From NCBI GenBank assembly GCA_024137785.1, contig JAHRHZ010000289.1, positions 33,147,164 through 33,211,163 on the forward strand: 64,000 bases of DNA, read 5' to 3'. The translations under genes were made by a program, and so were the position numbers. Origin of the DNA: Ginglymostoma cirratum. Lineage: Eukaryota. The notes below the pieces were generated by a model, which worked only from the letters and a program-made list of their open reading frames with translations, made no database searches and had not been told where the DNA came from. Below are positions 25,321 through 35,739 of this stretch, piece after piece; the first letter of the stretch is position 1, and each line of letters starts with the position of its first letter.

Positions 25321-26049
25321 TTTACTATGTTTTGAATTGTATGCAATTGATGTGACAACTGCAACTTTGATGATGGTGTAAAATAGGTGAAAGAATTTCA
25401 GCCACTCATCGTACAGCCCACTGGATTTTCCTTTCCTTTGAAATTTTTGACATTAACCTGCCATATTGCTTTAGTCCCTCCTCACCACTGAAGCTAAATT
25501 TCACATTTGCTAAATTGAAAAATCTTTGTGATTGCCAGTGACAAGCATGACAGTTTTATTGTATTTACAGCATTGTTTATACAGCTAAACCAAGTCAAAA
25601 TGACATGATATCTGGGGAAATTTGCTGCTGCGGTGCTGCAGTGGTTGTCTTAAAGCACAAAAACTAAGGTCTAATGAGAAAAGGCTTTTGAATTGGAGTG
25701 TGTTGCATGTTTGAAAGAGGTTGCAGATTATATTGATGTATTTATTTCTGGACTAATGTCTATGAGACCTGAAAGTTTGGTCTTACTCCTACAAGATCCT
25801 GAGTCGTTCAGCCCACAAATCAATATAACATCATCAATGTGGGTGGTTCTCAAGGTACTTCTTAATATTAACCCTTTCAGGCCTTCACACCCTTGTCCAG
25901 CATCTCCCTGCACATCGAGCCCCCTCCCCAACATCCAAGCTTTTGTTTCTATTATACATTCATATAAATTTATATTCGTGTATACAAATATAACTACTAC
26001 TACCACAACTCTTGAGTCCCTGACTTCACAAATTCAGGACATCTGGAGG

Positions 26050-28189
26050 TTTCACTATTGTACTAGAAAATGTCCTTTTCAAACTTGGAAGGCTGGTCAT
26101 TTGCTGGGTGAAAGACTGTTGTCTTTGATTGTGTTCTTGATAGTCTGAAGTCTTAAACAATAGAACTTTTAAACGCTTAGATTTCCTTCATGGAAATTCC
26201 CTGCTTAGAAAGGTAATTAACTCATTAAGAACCTGGAGGAATTTAATGTCATGGATTTCCTTCAAACAGAATGACTTCCCTACAAGGAAAAGGAAACACC
26301 TTCCTTGTAGTGTCCTGGACTTCTTTGACGTGGGTCAGTGGTGGCTTCCATGGAGTTGGAAACTGTCTCAACACACTGTAACTCTCAATCTGCCAGTAAA
26401 TCTATGTTGAAGGATGTAAGCATTTCACTTCACCTGATTGATTGGTTTGGACACTCTCATTCCCTTTCACTGATCGTATTATTGATGAAGCCAATGTGTT
26501 GACTCCTTCATTACCACTATTTGAGGATTGCTTCTTGCTTGGTTTTATCCCTGTCACTGTTACTGTAAATTCTTCCTGTGAAGATAAAGAAATGAAATAT
26601 TCTGCTTGACCTTGTATCAGCATCTAACATCAGACTTGGACCAGCCTTAACTATTTGTTCACCTGTGTTTCACTTAGTGTTATATCAATTATCATCTCAA
26701 CAATCAGCACAATTAGGGTATGCTGTTCATTGATGAGCTCATTTTTTCTTCTTGCAAACCTTGCTGACCCTTCAAGTCTGAGCTCTCTTCAGCGTTGAGA
26801 GTGGAAAACATTCATGTCAATCAGATATAGTTACAGATTCCAATTTCATTGGCAGTATGAAACAAATAGCTTCTGTAAACATAACTAATACAATGGATTA
26901 TTCTGTTTTTTTGCTGAGGTTCTACCATGAGTCAATTAATAAGTATTTTAGTAGCTGTTCTTTGACCAGTTCTTTCCTGGACAGCTTTTCATTAAACATT
27001 TTAAATCCTTTCATTTGAAGAAGAAAAATAAGGTTAAGACATATCTTCCTACTCAAGAGTAAAATTCTTGATTCTGAAGTACATACACATTTTCTATTGT
27101 TCGGTGTTCCCTACATTGAAGAGCTTGTATCATATCTTTAATCCTAAGTGCTATGCCTCTTGGACCATGCAGTTGCACTGTTGGCTGTAAACAGTGCTTT
27201 GTTAAGTATGACTCACTCTCTGACAATATAGTGATGATAACTCCAACACATAATTTCAAATATGTGAGATAAGCATTGAAATAAATATTAGCTTGCCAAA
27301 ATATAAGGTTTACATCATCCATTTCTCCTAGAAATACCTGTGGATTTTCATCTGTTATAGACTATTCAATCTCATGAATCTTTTATGTGTGGATAGCTAT
27401 TTGACATCCTGTTTTCCAGTATCTATGTCCTACTTCAGTACATTTCCTGTAAGTGACTTGTCATAAAACATCCACTTCCCATAGTTGGGTATTATTAGTG
27501 CCTGTGAAGATTCTCTGATCCACACTATCAGCAAAGATTTTCAGTGTCTAGTGCTTGTTCCACTTACTGTATTTGTTTCTCATATATATTTTGTTGTTTT
27601 TGACTTTAAGAACGGAATGGATTATACTAATCTTTTGTGATAAGGTTGATCTTCTCCTCCTAGGGTTGATCTGTATTGTTTCTAGACTTCAACTTCACTC
27701 ACCATCTGTATGGTTTCCTCGAGAATTAAATATTCTTTTGGACAAACAAATCTGACAAAGACTTATCAGTAATTTTGATAAAAATGCTGTCTCTTAGGAA
27801 TTATGACATCACCATTGTCACATTTTCCACTAATCTCTAGGGATCAGGGGAAAAAACAAGACATTCTTTTGAATGCGGAACTCCACTGTCAATCTTTGCT
27901 CTTTTAAGAATATTATCATTTTGAAGATTGAAGCAAATGTCAAAGGTTTTCAGTACTTCACCATAAATATCTGCATCGTTCTTTACATCTTGATGAGAAA
28001 TAACATCATCAGCTTTATTCCCAATTTAACATAGAATTGCGATAACATTTTCATCTTAGGATTTAGTGTCTAATTTGGAATAAATTTTGCATTTCAGTAA
28101 ATGTTTACACCGAGATGCCCAACACCGTAACCTAATTGGTCTATCTCTGAAATTAAATCTTCTTGACAATATTACTTCTGATTCCATGT
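26050..28189 (-). mobile_element. Decayed Ty3/Gypsy LTR retrotransposon internal region (gag, protease, faint integrase)
   Basis: Minus strand: PBS-like TGGAATCAGAAGT (28186-28174) directly after ..ACA. Gag-like KIYSKLDTK..IGNKADDV..YGEVLKTFD.CFN....ILKRAK and LRDSIFIKITDKSLS..LEETIQM, then a zinc-knuckle remnant. Protease-like FLGE....W...I.FN..LKLCVGVIITILSE..LHGPRG..L..IENVYVLQNQ (ORF 27053-27322; DTGA degenerated). FHEGNLSV near 26190 resembles integrase IHEGHLG. RT core not recognisable. Confidence 0.75.
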
Positions 28190-29332
28190 GTCTCTCATGT
28201 AGTTATTTATTTCCCAGGTTAAAATTCTTCTGTTTTGCAGGAATAGCAGTGAGCACTGTGCTGTTGTACTGGATAATTTTTACATGCTTGGGAGCCAAAA
28301 TAGAGGATTCTTGTCTGTCCTAGCTAAAATGGAGGAATCTCCACATTTTGGGAGTTGGAATGAGGGATTTCTATTTTATTCCGTAGGTTCACTTGCTGAA
28401 CCCCAGTGTTTGCAGCCATAATAAATAATTCTCAGTTCAATAACAGCTTCACTGAATGCATCACGCTACCTGTGGTTTTAACAAAAAATCCCTGCTTCAA
28501 TCACAATTTAATAAATATCGCTCCCACTATGTGTAGTTTGAAGACTGGAATCATATTTCTTTAACCTTTTTTTGCTGGATGATTCTCACCGTCTCTTGCC
28601 CAAAAAATGATCTCTGCATCTTTTCTCCTGGATGATTTCCTCTCCTCACAGTTTAAATAAATGCTTTCCACCTCTAATGTGTTTTAATGAAGGATCTTTC
28701 ACCTTTTCTCTGGCCTCAATAATGTTCCCTACTCTCTTCTTCTATTAGGCCATGCTGCTTTGGATTCTAATCTGCCTCTTTGTCACTTTAATTCTGACTT
28801 TGTACTGTCCCCAGGTCTGAAACCACAATTTAAATTGCTTTTGTGGCCATTGATTTCCCTTGGTGTAGCTGTGTCTTCTGAAAGCCATTCACTGTGGTGG
28901 TGACTCTCGTTCTGTGTTGTAAGCACTTTCTTTTGTTTTCACTTCTCTTGTCAACATACTGCTCAGTTTTTGAAAGTTATCCCTTGCTGACCAGGGGATT
29001 TGAACTGTAGTCACAGAGCTTCTGAAGTTTCTTTGCTCGCAGGCTGAATGTCTAATTCATGCCTGCTCCTGCAGAATCACCACCCTATAAGACAGTCTGT
29101 TTCTGCTCCGGAGTACCTAATATCTAATCTCCAGGGAATTTCTAACTCTCCTGCTGCAGCGTATATTTTTACCATACTTGAAATGCTTTTAACATTAATT
29201 AGATTCTACCTTATTAAATGTTGTCATGGGGGTTTCTTCTGGAATGTTTTTAAATGTTCTGCTCTTCCCTACTGTCTGCATGAACAAGTGACTTAAAGTG
29301 GACCTCAAGATGCTGAAAAATCAGACTTCCAC

Positions 29333-29571
29333 TGTAACTCACTGAAATAACTCCACAGAGGCCATTATCCCATCACCAAGTCACTGTTAATTTACACTGT
29401 ACTTGACACTGGCCTGGCTTCCTCAGAGCCAGCTCTCAGAGTGAACAGAACGTTTGACACTCTATTTATATCTGTCAGCCAGGGCTCCCTGATTGGACCA
29501 GGTTAACAGCCCCAATCAGGGAGCTCATATTCTATGAGCCCCACCTGTCTGACCTCATTACGATCACTACA
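29333..29571 (-). mobile_element. Solo LTR-like element
   Basis: TGTAAC..CACTACA termini. Internal inverted CCAAT pair gctccctgattgg/ccaatcagggagc. Second copy at 57744-57974. Confidence 0.75.
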
Positions 29572-29978
29572 CTTACCATGTTGTATGTACAGCTAAGTCA
29601 AGTCTGCACCTCACCATGGGGATGGTTTGTTTCCAGCAGCCCCTAATTGAAGGGAGTGACAAGGCCTGTTTGATCTAGGGTTAAAGAAAAACCACTTGGG
29701 GTATGACTGGAAGAGGCTCTTCCAGTGAACAAGATGTAGTTTGAAGCTTGTTAGCGACAAGTTACAGGCACATTGATATAATAGATATAGTCTCTGAAAT
29801 GTTGAAGTGTATCTCAATGTTAGGTCTCACTGCTTTGAATGTGATGAAAAGCTGAAGGATTGATGTATGTCTGTGATGGGAACGGGGTCAGAGTGCAGCA
29901 AACACTCCTGTTTCAATGTAATGCATTGGTCTTCAGAAGGCACTTTCACCAAGTTGATGCAAGTGCTACCTCCAGGGT

Positions 29979-30110
29979 ATTGTGGAGCAAACAATAGGGT
30001 TCCTGAAATTGCTGTTCCATTGCATGGACCATGCTGGGTGCTGCCCTCCAGTGTAGTCTGTACAGAAACTGCTGCACTACCCTGGCATGCTGTGCTCTGC
30101 ACAATTGGAC
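29979..30110 (+). pseudogene. PIF/Harbinger (HARBI1-like) DDE transposase C-terminal remnant
   Basis: IVEQTIGFLKLLFHCMDHAG, frameshift, AALQCS....TLACCALHN matches the Harbinger consensus IEQTIGLLK.RFRCLD.SGG.LQY.P....II.ACC.LHN. The element probably spans ~29575-30610. Confidence 0.8.
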
Positions 30111-30654
30111 CAGGCAATGGCGGAGAGTGACTGCGAGAATAGGACTAGCTTTCCACTGAGGAAATCAAGGAAAGTGGGGAGGAGGAAGCTCTCTGTTTAC
30201 ATCGACACAGCTCAGTTGTGTTGGGTGCTGCAAGCTGGACAGGATGTGAATTAATCTGTTTCCAGTAGATGAGAGCTGCATGCATTGTGGTTTTATCGCT
30301 GCTGCGGCATTGTGTTGATCATGAAGAGCAACACTGGATTGCCAATGCTTATCCAGGTGCACAGTGGCCTTTCAAAATGGTGTGGGCACCAGCAATGCGG
30401 TGAGTAACAAGTTGGTCATGGAATGATGCATGATAAGATGGAACTAGAATCTGATTAGAGGGATGTCATAGGATCAAGGTATGTAGCTAATGAGATGAGT
30501 TTGGTAAAATATGGCAAGAGATCCTGCTAGGCCTCATAGCAGACAAAACTTTCAAAAGACTCGATGTAACTGACATTTAGTCAAAAAATTGTAAGATTAA
30601 GGCACAGTTTCTGACCTTAGATGTGATTCTGCAAAATGAACATATATAAGCACC

Positions 30655-30940
30655 ATGCCTTGTCTCAGCTCAGTTGACAACCATTTACTGCTTCTTTTCT
30701 TAGTGCAATGCCTTGACAAATCATTGTCAAACTGCTTGTTTTTAAACCTCAGATGAAACTTGGCTATTAACTGTCAATCACCCACTACCAATCTGAGTCT
30801 ATTTGCCAGGCGTCCAGCACTCTTCTCTTATACAGTATAATATTGGTTTTCCCTTAGAATTGGTACTCTTGCAAAATGTCCTGATGAGTTCAAGACAAAA
30901 AGGACCCACAAAATATGCTCTTTTCCAGCCATTTCAAGCT
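30655..30940 (+). mobile_element. PLE 3' end of a different family, with hammerhead-like core
   Basis: ..gtcCTGATGAGttcaagaCAAAAggac (30878-30906): CUGAUGAG core, flanking GTCC/GGAC pairing, GAAA decayed. Confidence 0.45.
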
Positions 30941-33900
30941 CTGTACTACTATACGACTATTTGTTTGCAAATACTTGGCTGATGTCCAGAACTGCAAACA
31001 GACACTGTATATGAAAACAAACCTTTTATGCTTTAGAGGAAAACCCACTGCTAATTGAGAAAAGTGAAGTTGAATATAAATATTAATAAACAAGGCATGC
31101 CATTACAAAAGAGAATTTTTTTCAGAAGAGCTTCTAATTGGCATTATTGCCAACTCTCGAAACCTTCATTACCTCACTGTACATTGAATTTCTTTGTTAT
31201 TTATCCTCCCCTTCATTTTACTTCTAAATTAATTCTTTTATATTTCAGAACAATGTGAGACAGAATGGATCACAGCTACAATTCTGATTTTGTGTGGTTT
31301 TAAATTTGGGATTTGTTTTGTCCCTCCCTCCTACTTACTAGCACAACTTTGCACACCCACCCAAAAAGAACAAAGCAACTCTGCAGGAAGACAATGCTGC
31401 CCAAGACCATAATTTAATTGTGGCGCTTGAATGATAACATCAGGTTCTTACAGGAGATGATAGTATTTCTTCTTAGATCAAGGCAATGCTTTTTTCCTTA
31501 GATGTCGCCAACGCTCAAGTATTTGCTATTTTAAAATATGGTAGGCAAGAGCCATTTTCCAGGTAGAGAACAAAATTCAAGACACCAGAGACAGACTTAC
31601 TGAAAACCCTTCATGTTTTAATGCTGTCAGTTCTATTTATGAGGAAGAAACCGGGTCCACACAAAAAAAATAAATAATAAGATACAGAGTCTTTGTTGTA
31701 AACCTGTCAGGTCAATGGTTACAGCCTCGAGATTTCCAGCAACTCTCTCTGCGACTCTGCTACTCTGCATATCATTGAGGATTGTGTGGATTTTGACATT
31801 GTCTGCATGGGAAGAAGGTCTTTTTTTCTCAGCTTTCAAACACAAGCTCCATCCCTCAGGGTGTAGTAAGGTAAGTAAATCACTACCTGAACTATCAGAA
31901 CCCAGAGATACAAATTAACTGGTGCACTCTCTGTCTGAAATGGTTTTATCAGAACAACTGTTTATATTCCTCTTAACTACATTCATAGCCTAAAAGGAAA
32001 AATCCTCCTGAGCCCCCAATTAAAGCAGGAGCAAGTTTGAACAAGCCCTATGAAAGAGTAACAAGGACACATTCCATTCAACATGAGAATGGACCAGTGT
32101 ATTTTCAAATACACCTCATCAAAACTATGTTAAACATAGAGCATTTGAAATAGTTTTCGTATTCCATATCATGTTCTGTATCAACTTCAAAATGTCTAAA
32201 TAAAAATTGTCTAACAGGTGCTGCATACATATTTGAAACAACGACAAAATTCTAAATTTGGAAATCGAGCCCAGTGAGAGAACGTCTATAGAATTTCTAA
32301 AGATAAAAGGAGACCCATGTTGCCTATGTGGGCTCCTTGAAAGAGCTTTCAGATGAATCTCACTCCCTGCTCTTCCCCCAGAGAATTGTATTCATTTCTT
32401 ACTTTTCAAGTATCAGATTTCATTCCTCATTCTGTCGGAAAATCTCTAGCTCCACTCCCCTCCATCATTCCACTCACCATTAAAATGTTTTCATAGCTGT
32501 TCATATATAACACCTTAATGAATTTTTGTTTTTAAATAAACTTCACTAACTTCAGCTATCAAAGTTAAACAGCAAGATTTTCTGCTGTGTAGATTAGGCT
32601 GCGTTGGAACTGAGGGCATAAGTGTCTGTACAAAATTCTTTCTTTCATAGTATGATGGGTTTCTAACTATGTTTGCCTAATACATACCAAACAAATAGCA
32701 AAAAATACAGTGTCCCTTCTTAGGCTCAGACTTTCGCTCCCGTGGTCCTTGTTTTTAAAAAAAAGCCATGTAGAACAATTTTAAATCTGTTTCTCTTCTT
32801 GGCTGCGAGCAGACTTGTTGGGTTTCAGTTGCACCTCAGATCCCCAGTGTCCACAATATTTTAGGTTTACTTTACTGATGACACAATTGCTTTGAATCTT
32901 TGAATCTTTTGCTACAGTAATAGTCTTAAGCTACAAAATCTTTTCTCATCATCCTTTTGGCTACTAACAAGAGTTAAAATTTATTTTTAGAAGTTCATCA
33001 TTTTTACAGAGATTGTAACAATGTATAATGATAAAGCATAGAACCTGAATTGATCAGCTTGGTTCAGTGCTCTGGTTTGAAGTATTTCATTGGGTAATCC
33101 AGAATAATTGTAATTGCCTACTGTACGACTATTTTATGATATTTAGATCTTTTGAACTGGTATTGTGATATAGATTATGGATATAGCTGACTACATTAAA
33201 TACAATGCATATAAATTCTCAAAAACATTAGCAAATAATGTTCATATTTTCTTGTAATAAAATATTTAGCATTTCCACATGCAGCACTTTGTATTAAGTG
33301 TTCAATGCAATAAAGAATTTTCGATTCCACTGGGACTTGTGACTGACCTAAGAGCATGTTGGTGGGTAATAAATGGACATTATCATTTAGTCTTCCATCA
33401 ACAGAAAGCTCACCGTTACAACATTCTTTCAGTTATGTAGTTACTGACGGATAAATCTCAATTTTCTTTTTTGATCTTTTCAATGCCAGACTGCGTTTTC
33501 CTTAATTCATGAAACACCTTCTGCTTCTGAAAGATCAAAGGACAGAAAGGAGAAAAAAGAAAACAAACAGGAATCAGGTAGTAGGCAATGATGACGGTGA
33601 TGGAGCTGTGGAGAACTTCAAAATTCCATTCCCCAGCACTTGCATATCACATTTTTATTTACCTTTGTTATAATTTTCTGTAACATGAGATGTGAACTCA
33701 CAGTGAGTCCAAAGATCATGAAGTACAGGTTCTTTGTTCGATTGACATCAGATAGCTCAGGAAGTGAGTTTTGAAGAGGACATAAGGAGCTTACATGAAT
33801 ATATTGATAGGTTAAGTGAGTGAAGACCCTGCAAACTGAGTATTATATGGGAAAATATGGAGTTGTCCATTTTGTCAGGAAGAATAAAACAAAATGTATT

Positions 33901-34525
33901 ATTTAAATGGTAAGCAATTGCAGAGGTCTGTGACAGTGAAGAATTCTGGCTCTCTCAGTGCATGAATCACCAAAGGTTAGTATGCAGGTACAGCAAGTAA
34001 TTAAAAAAGATAATAGAGTGTATTAATTTTTCACAAGAGGAATTGAATTCACGAGTAGGGAAGTTATGTTTTAGTTACATAGGGTAGTGATAAAACAAGA
34101 TGCAATGTACTGTATATAGTGTTGATCACCTTATTTAAGGAAGACTGTCAATACTTTGGACACAATTCAGAGGAAGTTTACTAGAGCAAATGGGTGGGTT
34201 ATCAAATGTAGAAAGGTTGGACACACTCCGCTTGTGTCATTGGAGTTTAGACGTGCAACATGTGATTGATTGAAACATCTAAAATCCTGAATGGTCTTGA
34301 CAAAGTATGTTTCGCATTATGAGAGAATTTAGAACTATGGGTCACTACTTATAAATCAAATGTTGGCCATTCGATAATGAAATTAGACAAAAGCTTTCTT
34401 CTCTCAAAAAGTCATGAGTCTTTGGAACGCTTTTCCTCAAAAGGTGGTGGAAGCAGAGTCCGAGATAACAAGGTGCGGGGCTTGATGAACACAGCAGGCC
34501 AAGCAGCATCATAGGAGCAGTAAAG

Positions 34526-34559
34526 CTTGACGTTTCGGGCCTAGACCCTTCATCAGAAA
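34526..34559 (-). ncRNA. Minimal type I hammerhead ribozyme motif, best-preserved copy
   Basis: Minus strand: ttt-CTGATGA-a-GGGT ctag GCCC-GAAAC-GTC-aag. Confidence 0.65.
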
Positions 34560-34828
34560 TGGGGGAGGGGAAGAGGGTTCTGAAATAAATAGGGAGAGAG
34601 GGGGAGGCGGAAAGAAGATGGATAGAGGAGAGGATAGGTGGAGAGGAGGCAGACAAGTCGAAGAGGCGGGAATGGAGCCAGTAAAGGTGAGTGTAGGTAG
34701 GGGGGTAGGGAGGAGATAGGTCAGTCCAGGGAGGACAGACAGGTCAAGGGGGCGGGATGATGTTAGGAGATAGGAGATGGGGGTGGGGCTTGAGGTGAGA
34801 GGAGGGGATAGGTGAGAGGAAGGACAGG

Positions 34829-35739
34829 TTAGGGAGGCGGAGATGAGCTGGGCTGGTTTTGGGATGCAGTTGGGGGAGGGGAGATTTTGAAGCTTGTGAA
34901 ATCCACATTGATACCATTGGGCTGCAGGGTTCCCAGGCTGAATATGATTTGCTGTTCCTGCAGCCTTCGGGTGGCATCACTGTGGCATTGCAGGAGGCCC
35001 AGGATGGACATGTCATCTGAGGAATGGGATGGGGAGTTGAAATGGTTCGCGACTGGGAGGTGCAGTTGTTTGTTGCGAATTGAGTGCAGGTGTTCTGCAA
35101 AGCGGTCCCCAAGCCTCCGCTTGGTTTCCCCAATGTAGAGGAAGCCACAACGGGTACAGCGGATACAGTATACCACATTGGCAGATGTGCAGGTGAACAT
35201 GTGCCTGATGTGGAAAGTCTTCATAGGGCCTGGGATTGGGGTGAGGGACGAGGTGTGGGGGCAGGTGTAGCACTTCCTGCAGTTGCAGGGAAAAGTGCCG
35301 GGTGTGGTGGGGCTGGAGGGGAGTGTGGAGCGGACAAGGGAGTCGTGGAGGGAGTGGTCCCTCCGGAAGGCAGATAAGGGTGGGGAGGGAAAAATGTCTT
35401 TGGTGGTGGGGTCTGATTGCAGATGGCGGAAGTGTCGGAGGATGATGCGTTGGATCCGGAGGTTGGTGGGGTGGTACGTGAGGACAAGGGGAATTCTTTT
35501 TTGGTTATTATTGCGGGGACGGGGTGTGAGGGATGAGTTACGGGAAATGCGGGAGACACGGTTGAGGGCATTCTCGACCACTGTGGGGGGGATGTTGCGG
35601 TCCTTGAAGAATGAGGACATCTGAGATGTACGGGAGTGGAATGTCTCATCCTGGGAGCAGATGCGGCGGAGGCGAAGGAATTGGGAATAGGGAATGGCAT
35701 TTTTGCAGGAAGGTGGGTGGGAGGAGGTGTATTCCAGGT
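34829..35739 (-). CDS. PLE polyprotein C-terminus: RT thumb, linker and GIY-YIG endonuclease (5'-truncated, TE-encoded)
   Basis: Frame is open from YLEYTSSHPPSCKNAIPYSQFLRLRRICS through RIPLVLTYHP, C.C.KCYTC, NVVYCIRCTRCGFLYIGETKRRLGDRFAEH, VANHFN and LGTLQPNGIN. Confidence 0.9.

Larger units (their letters stand above)
34462..35739 (-). mobile_element. Young 5'-truncated PLE with pLTR and hammerhead motif
   Basis: 10-bp TSD AGCAGAGTCC at 34452-34461 and 35740-35749. CpG-rich with an open frame. Confidence 0.95.

Noticed and set aside
28062-28088. KIYSKLDTK as Gypsy RT motif (FSKLD)
   Set aside because: Its context (after the PBS, followed by IG.KADDV..VLK.FD) fits the gag N-terminus, not RT.
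29333-29571. 5' LTR of the neighbouring Gypsy relic
   Set aside because: The best PBS-like motif is at 28174-28186, over 1 kb away, and no matching copy lies downstream of the internal region.
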